A stretch of DNA of 64,000 nucleotides from the NCBI GenBank assembly GCA_951406725.2, contig OX597814.1, forward strand, positions 155,558,001 through 155,622,000. Direction: 5' to 3'. This document shows, piece by piece, positions 30,114-41,502 of this stretch (position 1 is its first letter; each line of letters opens with the position of its first letter). The notes below the pieces were generated by a model. That model worked only from the letters and a program-made list of their open reading frames with translations. It was not told the origin of the DNA and searched no databases. The stretch comes from Octopus vulgaris (taxonomy: Eukaryota). Position numbers and translations under genes: made by a program.

Positions 30114-30930
30114 GAGATAGAAAGAGAGAGATAAAGCAAAGGAATAGAAAACAAGAAAGAGAAAAATAAAAAAGATAATAGGAGAAATAATTTTATTGAA
30201 ATAGCTATATGATATATCTGCAAGATTTATTGATTTTAATGCTAACTTGGCCTTTCACTTAAAGTAGGAAAAAGAATTAAACTGAAATGTAACAATATAA
30301 GGAATTCAGCTCTAGAAGAAAACTTTAAATGAAATAGTGAGGAATATAGACGCAGCAACAGCAACAGAATAACAACTGCATGAATTATTTAAAAAAGCAG
30401 TTAATGAAAATACGAGATATACACGACAGTATCTTACAGAGAAATAGATTTTATAAGTTCACAGCTTCTACACCAGATGACGGATTTTTTTAAAAGTGAA
30501 ACACGCAGTCATTTTGAGAGCTATTTAATAGTTTTGTATGTGTATACACTCATAGCATTATTATTTCAGTGCGACCATTTGTACGTACGTATGTATGTAT
30601 GTATGTATGTATGTATGTATGTATGTATGTATGTATGTATGTATGTATGTATGTATGTATGTATGTTTCTATGTATGTATGTATGTATGTATGTATGTAT
30701 GTATGTATCTATGTACGTGCGTACGTACGTATGTATGCATGCATACATACATATATATGTATGTGTGTATGTATGCATGTATGTAAATATGTAAGTATGC
30801 ATGCATGTATGTATGTATACATACATACATGTATGTACTTATGTATGCATGTATGCATATGTTTATATGAGTATAATCATAGGTGCATATATACGGGCTT
30901 AAATATGCGCGTATATATACATTCATGCAA

Positions 30931-31035
<105 letters not shown>

Positions 31036-31099
31036 CATATATATATATAAAAGTTATTTGTTAATACAAATTCGGCATGTGTTGCTTTCCATTACTTAA

Positions 31100-31700
31100 T
31101 AACTGAAAAAGTTTATCGTAAATAAACATACGATATGATGCATACTGAGTGTAAAACCAGACGGGAGATAATCGCAGAAGGTCCTTAGTTCGTCGTCAGT
31201 TACCAACCGATTGCTAATACACAGTTTCACACCTAGCCTTTCGCCTTTTTTTCTTCCTTCATGTCTTCACCTTTATGTCTCTGTAACTCTCCCTCCCGCT
31301 GTCTTGCTGTCTTTCTCCTCTGTCTGCTGCTGTCACGTGACCTGCGGCGAGCTTCCCCTTCTGTTCCGCTCTTACATTCGCCTCGATCTGAGCAGTCGCA
31401 AATTCCCTGCCTCTCTGTCCTTCAAGATATTTTCTAAGTGTTATTCACTTTTCTGGTCTTCCAGGCTCTAAGACTACAATTTGCTCACTTTGCTTTGTAT
31501 GTTTTGTTTACTCTCGGCGCCGAATTCTCCGCAAATTGTGAAGCTCTCAGTCTCATAATTGAAGGTAGGAATCTGTATTAGCAATTGCTTAATAACTAAT
31601 GAAAAATTAGGGACCTTCTGTGTTTGTCACTCGTCTCGTTTTACACTCAGTATATGTTATGTTGTATGATTATTTACCATACATTTTTTCATTGTAAGGT
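31100..31700. repeat. Long imperfect inverted repeat (MITE- or foldback-like) around a ~330 bp pyrimidine-rich core
   Basis: 31120-31221 aligns without gaps to the reverse complement of 31574-31675 at about 77% identity (manual count), including identical blocks atactgagtgtaaaac, cagaaggtcc and attgctaataca. Confidence 0.8.
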
Positions 31701-32241
31701 GAGGAGAAACCTTTTTACTTTGTTACCTGTTCAAATCTCAGCGCTGACTTCAATCTTTGGTTTCCTACAAATGCATTACAAACAAGCAAATAAACATACA
31801 TGCATATGTATATATATATGTATAGACAGACAGAGATGGGGTGGGAGAGAGAAATAATGATACAAATAAACAAATACACAAACAAGACTTGATGAATAAA
31901 CTATACATACATACATACGTACACACACGTGCACATACATTTACATATATATATATATATATATAATTAATTAATAAGGGTGAGAGAATTAGATACTAAT
32001 TTAATAGTATACCTATTCAACACCAAGTGGCCCAGTGCCCCAAGAAACCTGGATTATTATAATATTTTATAATATATTATAATATTTTATACAAAAATAA
32101 ATATAAGAGAGTGGTCACTATGTGGCTCACTCTAGCACTAGTAAATCCAAAAGGTTTCAACCACAAAAATACATGTTTCCCATGAAAGTCAGTACGATTG
32201 TTAGCTCACACGAACAGGGCAAATAAAAAATAACAAAAATA

Positions 32242-32336
32242 CAGATTATTTTGGGACAATTGTTTCGCTATTAATGAATTAAATGTAATTTTACTCACAA
32301 AAAACTCACTTGTAGCTCCTCAGCCAAAACTATCTG
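32242..32336 (-). ncRNA. Type I hammerhead ribozyme, array unit 1
   Basis: Minus strand reads cagat-ag-ttttgg CTGAGGA gcta[42 nt]tagc GAAA caattg TC ccaaaa-ta-atctg. The core is canonical, stem I has 6+5 bp, stem III is palindromic, and the GUC cleavage site lies between 32255 and 32254. Confidence 0.88.
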
Positions 32337-32776
32337 GATGAAATCCACTCAATCACACGCCAGATTTTACCATAACGATAAATACACGTGTGGTTCAATT
32401 GATTACATCCGACGTTATAATTCAAATGCCCCTACCAACAGCGCGCCAAACTTTCACGGAAACAAATACTACACTTAGAAATAAATGTAGCATAATTATA
32501 ATTAATTAATAAGGGTGAGAGAATTAGATACTAATTTAATAGTATACCTATTCAACACCAAGTGGCCCAGTGCCCCAAGAAACCTGGATTATTATAATAT
32601 TTTATAATATATTATAATATTTTATACAAAAATAAATATAAGAGAGTGGTCACTATGTGGCTCACTCTAGCACTAGTAAATCCAAAAGGTTTCAACCACA
32701 AAAATACATGTTTCCCATGAAAGTCAGTACGATTGTTAGCTCACACGAACAGGGCAAATAAAAAATAACAAAAATA

Positions 32777-32872
32777 CAGATTATTTTGGGACAATTGTTT
32801 CGCTATTAATGAATTAAATGTAATTTTACTCACAAAAAAACTCACTTGTAGCTCCTCAGCCAAAACTATCTG
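32777..32872 (-). ncRNA. Type I hammerhead ribozyme, array unit 2
   Basis: Identical to unit 1 except one extra U in the stem II extension. Confidence 0.88.
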
Positions 32873-33312
32873 GATGAAATCCACTCAATCACACGCCAGA
32901 TTTTACCATAACGATAAATACACGTGTGGTTCAATTGACTACATCCGACGTTATAATTCAAATGCCCCTACCAACAGCGCGCCAAACTTTCACGGAAACA
33001 AATACTACACTTAGAAATAAATGTAGCATAATTATAATTAATTAATAAGGGTGAGAGAATTAGATACTAATTTAATAGTATACCTATTCAACACCAAGTG
33101 GCCCAGTGCCCCAAGAAACCTGGATTATTATAATATTTTATAATATATTATAATATTTTATACAAAAATAAATATAAGAGAGTGGTCACTATGTGGCTCA
33201 CTCTAGCACTAGTAAATCCAAAAGGTTTCAACCACAAAAATACATGTTTCCCATGAAAGTCAGTACGATTGTTAGCTCACACGAACAGGGCAAATAAAAA
33301 ATAACAAAAATA

Positions 33313-33407
33313 CAGATTATTTTGGGACAATTGTTTCGCTATTAATGAATTAAATGTAATTTTACTCACAAAAAACTCACTTGTAGCTCCTCAGCCAAAA
33401 CTATCTG
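33313..33407 (-). ncRNA. Type I hammerhead ribozyme, array unit 3
   Basis: Identical to the unit 1 motif. Confidence 0.88.
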
Positions 33408-33847
33408 GATGAAATCCACTCAATCACACGCCAGATTTTACCATAACGATAAATACACGTGTGGTTCAATTGACTACATCCGACGTTATAATTCAAATGC
33501 CCCTACCAACAGCGCGCCAAACTTTCACGGAAACAAATACTACACTTAGAAATAAATGTAGCATAATTATAATTAATTAATAAGGGTGAGAGAATTAGAT
33601 ACTAATTTAATAGTATACCTATTCAACACCAAGTGGCCCAGTGCCCCAAGAAACCTGGATTATTATAATATTTTATAATATATTATAATATTTTATACAA
33701 AAATAAATATAAGAGAGTGGTCACTATGTGGCTCACTCTAGCACTAGTAAATCCAAAAGGTTTCAACCACAAAAATACATGTTTCCCATGAAAGTCTGTA
33801 CGATTGTTAGCTCACACGAACAGGGCAAATAAAAAATAACAAAAATA

Positions 33848-33942
33848 CAGATTATTTTGGGACAATTGTTTCGCTATTAATGAATTAAATGTAATTTTAC
33901 TCACAAAAAACTCACTTGTAGCTCCTCAGCCAAAACTATCTG
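33848..33942 (-). ncRNA. Type I hammerhead ribozyme, array unit 4
   Basis: Identical to the unit 1 motif. Confidence 0.88.
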
Positions 33943-33996
33943 GATGAAATCCACTCAATCACACGCCAGATTTTACCATAACGATAAATACACGTG

Positions 33997-34335
33997 TGGT
34001 TCAATTGACTACATCCGACGTTATAATTCAAATGCCCCTACCAACAGCGCGCCAAACTTTCACGGAAACAAATACTACACTTAGAAATAAATGTAGCATA
34101 ATTATAATTAATTAATAAGGGTGAGCCACATAGTGACCACTCTGTTATATTTATTATTATTATATATATATATATATATAATAAATATAACAGAGTGGTC
34201 ACTATGTGGCTCACCCTTATTAATTAATTATAATTATGCTACATTTATTTCTAAGTGTAGTATTTGTTTCCGTGAAAGTTTGGCGCGCTGTTGGTAGGGG
34301 CATTTGAATTATAACGTCGGATGTAATCAATTGAA

Positions 34336-34338
<3 letters not shown>
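33997..34338. repeat. Near-perfect ~340 bp palindrome capping the array, centred on (TA)n
   Basis: 33997-34160 is the reverse complement of ~34175-34338, with one substitution and a short ttatta indel near the centre. Confidence 0.93.
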
Positions 34339-34392
<54 letters not shown>

Positions 34393-34396
<4 letters not shown>

Positions 34397-34950
34397 AATT
34401 TCTGATAATTTCTGATAATTTCTTTTAAAGATTTTATCCTCAATTGTTAATTTATATTTTTCACCGGAATAGTTCAATACTGAATTTTTATTCCGACTGG
34501 GCAATTTGTTACCGTAATGCATTGCGAAAAAGCCCGCCATTTTCATAGATATGTAAGGATAAACATTCGTACAAGCTACGACGAATTCTACGGTTGGCTA
34601 TCGAGTTTGTAATGTTATGTTTTTTCTTATATTTCTTGAGTTTGTTGCACTGACGAACATAAAATGCATATTCTGCATTAAATGCGAAATCACATGTGAT
34701 ATGTAACTGAATTCTTTTTTAAAATGATGTGTTTTGAAGTTTTGCATTCGGTAAAATTTTTTTTATTTTTAGTAGTTTTGACCGCATTGGTCCCTCTTAG
34801 CGTGTTGGTATCTACGAATAGTAGTACCCTCAATATAATATAAATGAATATTTTCAAAGAGGAAGAATTTACGGATTTTTTCTCTTACGAGGTTTTTCAC
34901 GCTGACTACTGATAATTTCTTTTAAAGATTTTATCCTCAATTGTTAAAAT
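34393..34950 (+). mobile_element. Second hammerhead-bearing element: ~497 bp monomer plus ~40 bp terminal direct repeat, embedded in (TA)n
   Basis: ctgataatttcttttaaagattttatcctcaattgttaa occurs at 34412 and 34909. (TA)n lies on both sides, and the 5' end has a 10-bp stutter (tgataatttc x3). Confidence 0.8.
34644..34707 (+). ncRNA. Type I hammerhead ribozyme (family 2)
   Basis: Reads gttgca CTGACGA acat-aa-aatgca tattc tgcatt-aa-atgc GAAA tcacatgtga TA tgtaac. The core is canonical, stem III is a perfect 10-nt palindrome and the site is AUA, but the first stem II pair is an A-C mismatch. Confidence 0.8.
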
Positions 34951-36230
34951 ATATTTATATATATATATATATATATATTAGGCGGTTTCACATGAAATAT
35001 CGCATTTGAAAGGTAACAATAAAATGTTTCAGAAGTGTTAGAGAACTGATTTATTTAATCAAAGTATGATCCACGTTCATTTATGACGTTTACCCAACGT
35101 TTCTCTGTCATACTCCATCTTAAAAAAAAGAATTCATCTTTTCTTATCATTAACTGTCCGAATGCGTCTTGAATTTTTTTATTATCGGTCTTCAGCCAAC
35201 AGGTAGTACCTTTGAATCTTATATGCAGAACAAAGATATGTATACATACCACGCTGAAAAGAATGAGGCAGCAAAATAAAGACTCCATTTCAAGACGTAT
35301 CAATGTGTAAATATTAACAAACAGTTTTATGGAAAATATTCTACACATAAATCTTTCAATATGAATTTATAAAAATTCGCAAATATGTGGAAAAATACTG
35401 AATAACATAAGGAAATATTTTCAGGGAAAATCGTAGCTATATGATAATTTGGTCATTGTGAAAAATTATGTGAGGAATAAAGAGTAAAGTAGTTCAAAAG
35501 CTGGGTGTGGTTAATGATTGAAGATATAAAAATATTTGTAATGTGCATATACTATATATTATTTTTATTTACGTATTTCAGGAATATGTTTAATGTTTCT
35601 TGGAGTGACGCTTGCGCTTCTTGGATATCAAGTGAAGAATAGGGAATAGGTATTAATGGTATTCTTAATTTTTAAGTTGGTAAAATTGAGTTCGTCACGT
35701 ATGTTACCTTTTAGCATATAGGAATTCGAATAGAGATAAAACATATACAAATCAGAAAATACGAATCGATAAGCGAACGCAAACACATATACCTGGTTAT
35801 ATGCAGTTACTTACACTTGCATACAAGTCAGTACACACACACACACACACAAGAATATCACATATCAAATGAAATAACTATTTCCATTTCTTAACATATG
35901 AAGGCAAACAACAATTTGTCAATACCATATGCATATTCGTTTGAAACTTCTCACACTCACAATACACATACGTAAATAAAGCAAACGGGAAAAAATGTCA
36001 CAAAAGAAGCAGAAACAGCACAGAGAAAGTCACAATCTTGGTTAGGAAAAAGGTAAGAGGAAAAAAAAAACGGTTTCTTTAAATATCATGAATAATAGTA
36101 ATTATAAAATGGAATTAAACAGTATTTTTAAGGCGTTTTTTTTTACAATATATGAACTCGACACAATAATATATGTGCGTATAAACACATACATACATAC
36201 ATATATATATATGTATATAAATATGTATAT

Positions 36231-36643
36231 TCTCTTTTCTCTTTTCTCTTTTACTTGTTTCAGTCATTTGACTGCGGCCATGCTGGAGCACCGCCTTTAA
36301 TCGAGCAACTCGACCCCGGGACTTATTCTTTGTAAGCCCAGTACTTATTCTATCGGTCTCTTTTTTGCCGAACCGCTAAGTGACGGGGACGTAAACACAC
36401 TAGCATCGGTTGTCAAGCGATGCTAGGGGGACAAACACAGACACACAAACACACACACACATATATATATACATATATACGACAGGCTTCTTTCAGTTTC
36501 CGTCTACCAAATCCACTCACAAGGCATTGGTCGGCCCGGGGCTATAGCAGAAGACACTTGCCCAAGATGCCACGCAGTGGGACTGAACCCGGAACCATGT
36601 GGTTGGTTAGTAAGCTACTTACCACACAGCCACTCCTGCGCCT
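36231..36643 (-). mobile_element. SINE family A, full length
   Basis: Reverse complement of the 3544 element, from the aggcgcaggagtggctgtgtggtaag head to the (aaaagag)n tail. Confidence 0.93.
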
Positions 36644-37349
36644 ATATGTATTATATATTTATATATATTTATGGATATATGAAATTTCAGTGATTACAAG
36701 TTATACAAATAGGGAGGCGATCCGTAGTATACATTTAATATAGAATAAAGTGTTGTGTAAAGAAACGCACTAGCACAAACCGTTTCTGCTATAATGCAAT
36801 AATAAAGATAAAATAAATTCAAAACAACTGAAGTCCACCAACGCACACCTGTGTTCGCTACATCAGAAGAAATTAAAATAAAGAAATTATGCTAACAGCG
36901 GCAACAGGCGAAGTAAATATATAAAACTCGTAAGTTAAAAGTACACATGCTTGCTATAGAGATGTAGCAATCGTAAAATCAGAGTTTAAAAAACAAGATT
37001 CCACGCATCAAAAAACACAGCTATTCACACGCCTACAGATCGATGGGGTAAAAAATATTTTTGGAAACACATAACATATTTCTAAAATATGTGTTTGAGA
37101 AAAGACATAAATTGGAAGAAAACAGAAGTGAAATATCGAGTAACAAGAAAAGTTGAGGATATATATATATAGGCTTTCTTAATTATCACTACCTGAAAAT
37201 ATCTATCTATGTATCTATATAACCAAATATATATGTATGTATACACAAACAAATGACAGAAAAATGATGAGCTAACCCCTGTCAGATTCGAACCTACAAA
37301 CCAACGCTAACATGGGACATTGTGCATGCATTTATATATGCGTATTATA

Positions 37350-37582
37350 TGTTTCTTTACTACCCACAAGGGGCTAAACATAGAGGGGACAAACAAGAAC
37401 AGACAAACGAATTTAAGTCGATTATATCGACCCCAGTGCGTAACTGGTACTTAATTTATCGACCCCGAAAGGATGAAAGGCAAAGTCGACCTCGGCGGAA
37501 TTTGAACTCGGAACGTAACGGTAGACGAAATACGGCTACGCATTTCGCCCGGCGTGCTAACGGTTCTGCCAGCTCGCCGCCT
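37350..37582 (-). mobile_element. SINE family B (tRNA-derived; central domain resembles the MetaSINE type), full length with 16-bp TSD
   Basis: Head aggcggcgagctggcagaa, B box gagttcaaattcc, core gtcgactttgcctttcatcctttcggggtcgataaattaagtacc. The TSD atatatgcgtattata lies at 37334-37349 and 37585-37600. Confidence 0.93.
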
Positions 37583-37932
37583 GCATATATGCGTATTATA
37601 CTAACTCTTCCATAGTAGCTTTCTCTCCGTAACCTACAAAGCCATTTACGTTTGTTTACAAATATTACATGTAGTATTAGACACTTAAAGCATATATTAA
37701 CAAAGTTTGGCTGAAATTGACGGGTGAGCGTTTGGCCCAACCGTGTTAGCGTTGGTTTGTGGGTTCGATTCTGGCTGGGGTTAGCTAATCATTTTTCAGT
37801 CCTTTGTTTGTATTTAAAAATTGTCGCTTCAGATCGTAGAATAAAATATTATTATATGTTATTATTTTACGAGTCTTTCATAGTAGCTTTCTCTCCATGG
37901 CTTACAAAACCCTTTGCGTTTATAAATATATG

Positions 37933-37962
<30 letters not shown>

Positions 37963-37967
<5 letters not shown>

Positions 37968-39190
37968 GAATGATACAGTGAACCTGCAGTAAGAAGTGGT
38001 ATATCCAACGTTTCGGATTCAATCCTTCGTCAAGGGGTTCAGAAAAAGAGAAGTTGAAGAACGGCAAACAGAGTTTACATCAACTCAGCTTGAAAAACCG
38101 GCTGCAACTGAAAATGGACGAAAACAATAGGGGCTACTAACGTGAAAAAGAAGTTACAGTAGAGAGCGTGCATAAAGGAAAAGGTGATGTAGAGGTAAGT
38201 AAATGCGGAAATGTTGCAGAGAGAGGCTGGAAGGAGGATTTAAAAGGGTAAAAAACAATTAAGAGGAGGTGGAAGGATGAAAGGAAAAACGTTAATTCAT
38301 ACGTGTCGGGGTCATAGTGCCAAGATTAAATATGAAACATTGCTCCTTTCGTTTCCTAGAGAATGGAGGTCCGTGGAGCAAGGCCAAGCCACACACTAAA
38401 AAATCTGCAGTAGAATGATTCACAGTGTTGAAGTGGGTGGCGATAGGTTGGCCTGGCACAAGTAGCATTATGCTTCTGACGTGTTTGTGAAAGCGCTCCC
38501 CAAGGCTCCACCCTGTTTCTTCAATGTAAAGAGCACCACAGAGTTTGCATGTAATGCAATATATGAGATTCACCGTGAAGTACAACAGAAGTGGTGTGTT
38601 ATGTGAAACGGATTTTGGGGCCCCAAAGTGTCTTTTTGTAGATGTAGGGGCATGTGTTACATTGCCGGCGAGAACATTTAAAGGTTCCTGGTTGTGCTGA
38701 TCTGAGAGCTGTGAAGTTTCTAACAGGAGATTTCTAAGACTTCTATCTTTTTCAAAAGACAGGAGCGGTGGCGTGGGAAAGGTAGGGGCGGTTGTTGGGT
38801 CAGAAAAAAGAATGCGAAAGTAGAGGCAGGATGGTCGGGCGGTAGGTGAGAGAGAGAGAGTGGACTATGGATGGTGGAAGTGCGTGAATAGGGTTGGAGA
38901 GCTGAGCTTCTGTGCGGTTGATGGCTCGGGCTTGGTGGAGTGCCGGGTCGACAACTGATGTAGGATACCATCGATTTAGAGAAAGACTTTAGCATCGTTT
39001 TGCAATGGGATTCGAAATCCGAATAGATGCTGCAAGACGCCGAAGGCGAAGAAATTGAGAGAAAGGGATGACAGATTTAATGTGTTTGGGGTGAGAGGAA
39101 AAGTAGTGAAAGTAGAAGTGGGAGTCAGTAGGTTTATAGTAGACACAGGTGGAGAGGTGGGTAGTGTGTATTTTGACGGAGATATTCAGA
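37963..39190 (-). mobile_element. Penelope-like element 3' half: RT C-terminus, GIY-YIG endonuclease pseudogene and pLTR
   Basis: ORF 38292-38585 reads NLIYCITCKLCGALYIEETGWSLGERFHKH...IATHFN...RKRKEQCFIFNLGTMTP (GIY-YIG). Upstream lie VYYKPTDSHFY...SSHPKHIKSVIPFSQFLRLRR and the CRRQCNTCPYI knuckle. The element ends in (TA)n. Confidence 0.93.
38005..38035 (-). ncRNA. Minimal hammerhead-like motif in PLE pLTR (U3 variant)
   Basis: Minus strand reads cc-TTGACGA-a-ggat tga atcc-GAAA-cg-TT-gg. Stem III is a palindromic ACGU and stem I is very short. Confidence 0.55.
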
Positions 39191-39561
39191 AAGCAAACAG
39201 AAGTATCAGGTATGGTGTTTATGTATAAGTATACATATATATTTATTTATATGTACGTATATGTATGTAAATTTATGAATTTATGTTGCAAGATTCCTGA
39301 TGTGAAACTGTGTGTTGAAACAGATAGTAGTGCATTTCGGGATGGTAATTTGTTTTTCAAACACATACACTATATATTCGTTCTACACTCGGTCATTACT
39401 GTTCTAATTCCACCACATGTCAATTGTCCGGAAATCTCTCGTCATTCATCTGTGATCTCTTCAGCGACACTTTCCGTCCTCGTGTGTGCTCTTACTCTGC
39501 TAATTCCATTCTGTTCTTCTATAACGTGTATCCTTATATGCGCATACGTTTGCGTCTGTGT

Positions 39562-39607
<46 letters not shown>

Positions 39608-39839
39608 AAGCGTCATTGTTCTTAGTAGAATTATGACCTTCCTCTCAGCCCATTCTCCTATCCCGTTGCTACTGCTACTACCCTTAAACTCGAATTTTGA
39701 TATCGTTCCTGTATCTCTCTGTCCTTGTGTCTTCAACCACACTGTCGCCATCGTGGTAGTTATTGTTGCCGTTATTGTTACCACCACTACTCTTGTCGTT
39801 ATTGGTAGAGTTGTTATTGATGCAGCCGTCTGACAAGGT

Positions 39840-40300
39840 ACTGTATGTGCGTGTACTGTAAGGTGTGTTTATGCATGTATATGAGTTCACTTCCTATGGT
39901 CTTTTTGTCCGTGTGCTTTATACAATTTCCTTTTTATCTATCTCTGTTTCTTATATTTATCACAGGTATGTGCATATTTGTCTATTGTGTGTGTATTACA
40001 CTGTATTTGTTTTCGTTTTCTTCCTTTAGTCTTTAGTTGTCATGTTTTGTGGTGTGGTGGTGGGTGTTATTTTCCATTCATGCTTATTGTCTAGGTTCGG
40101 TCTGCCTATTTCTATGTGTGTTACCTCTGTGATCTGTCTAAGTATAGTGTCAGTTCTATGCACTGCTAATACCTTAACCTCTGTAGTGAGACACGAACGC
40201 ACTATTTTGTCGTACTTTGCCTATTTAATCCAACTGGAGCTAGCTTCGGAAGGATGCATGCAGCAACTTCCGCCCATTACAATTGCGTGACTTACATTGA
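39840..40300 (-). mobile_element. Second decayed PLE GIY-YIG C-terminus
   Basis: Minus translation TTEVKVLAVHRTDTILRQITEVTHIEIGRPNLDNKHEW resembles the RxIxEAxxI...PxLN.K.EW tail of PLE endonucleases. Confidence 0.6.
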
Positions 40301-41205
40301 CAGAAAGGAAGCAACATCCCTTTCTACAATGTGGCACCTATTTTATGTTGACCACTAATTTAATCAGTTGCGGATTTGACAGCCCTAGTGGCAACATCAA
40401 CCTTTCTGCTACCACCACCACTGAGATTAACCAGACTCATCCATCTCTCATCACCCATTGTGTATCTTCACCACCAAACTCCGCCCTAACAACGGCACAT
40501 AGTTTTCTTCCCTAACAATTCATATATTTTAATAAGTCCCCCTACGCATATTCTGCTGAATCTGCGAACTCGTAGTTATTTAAGAATATCAACCGCACCG
40601 ATCTCACCGTGCATTTCAAAGTGAGTTTGTGAACGTCATGAGCGCTGCTCTTTCGTTCAGTTCAAGCCATACGTCACCACCAGGTTGACTTGCGGCGTAT
40701 TATTTCATTATTTTGTACTATGTAAGTATTTCTATGATTTAGCTACAGAGTATCTAAGCGTTTATTGATTGTTATCTCCAGCAATTATCGCTATGAGAAA
40801 AATTTACTCCCTTTTCTTTTCAAAAAGAAAAAAAAAAGAATACTCATGCTCTGTTATCTAATTATAACAGCGAGAACCTGAAAACTCTCCCTAACTGCGG
40901 CTTCAGAAAATCTTTACATCTTTGTAAATTCTACAATCGTCTCTAGCAGTCGGTTTTATATGGATATACGTAAATGTTGAATGAGAATGTTTTAAATGCT
41001 GGCGGTGATGAAAGCGTTAGTATATTTATATGTATACACACTACTTTATGACATATTTAAGCTGGTTTTTGATATCGTTTGAAAATCGACTAATATCACA
41101 GGATTTGGTACAAGAAATGTTTATCTATGGGCGCCATTTATACGGCAACGAAAGATGTGTGTTGTCAAAAGTCATTTACTAGTTGACAAGTAATTTAAGT
41201 ACACC

Positions 41206-41300
<95 letters not shown>

Positions 41301-41441
41301 ATATATATACGTGTGTATGTTTTGTGTGTGTGTGTATATACATGTATATATACATATACATATATATAGTGAATATATGAAGTTAGGTATGAATACACAC
41401 ATACACATATATGTAAGTATGCATGTATGTATGTATGTATG

Positions 41442-41500
<59 letters not shown>

Positions 41501-41502
<2 letters not shown>

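Larger units (their letters stand above)
31963..34125 (-). mobile_element. Tandem array of four 535-536 bp non-coding units, each with a hammerhead ribozyme (retrozyme or PLE-derived satellite)
   Basis: The marker aagggtgag recurs at 31976, 32511, 33047, 33582 and 34117 (periods 535, 536, 535, 535). Units differ at only about 3 positions. The array begins in a (TA)n tract and has no ORF of 60 aa or more within the units. Confidence 0.92.

Noticed and set aside
31963-34125. Array considered as CRISPR, rDNA/5S, histone or coding tandem repeat
   Set aside because: There are no unique spacers, no rRNA or tRNA motifs and no ORF, and the unit length is not a consistent multiple of 3. The eukaryotic context and the hammerhead explain it better.
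39290-39335. cctgatgtgaaac...gttgaaac as another hammerhead (similar weak cases at ~14826, ~25101 and ~42876)
   Set aside because: The core and stems are too degenerate to assemble a convincing fold.
40540-40730. GC-richer stretch ending in a gtaagt donor-like site (40722), possible non-coding first exon
   Set aside because: A lone donor hexamer is expected by chance. There is no ORF or partner exon to support it without RNA data.
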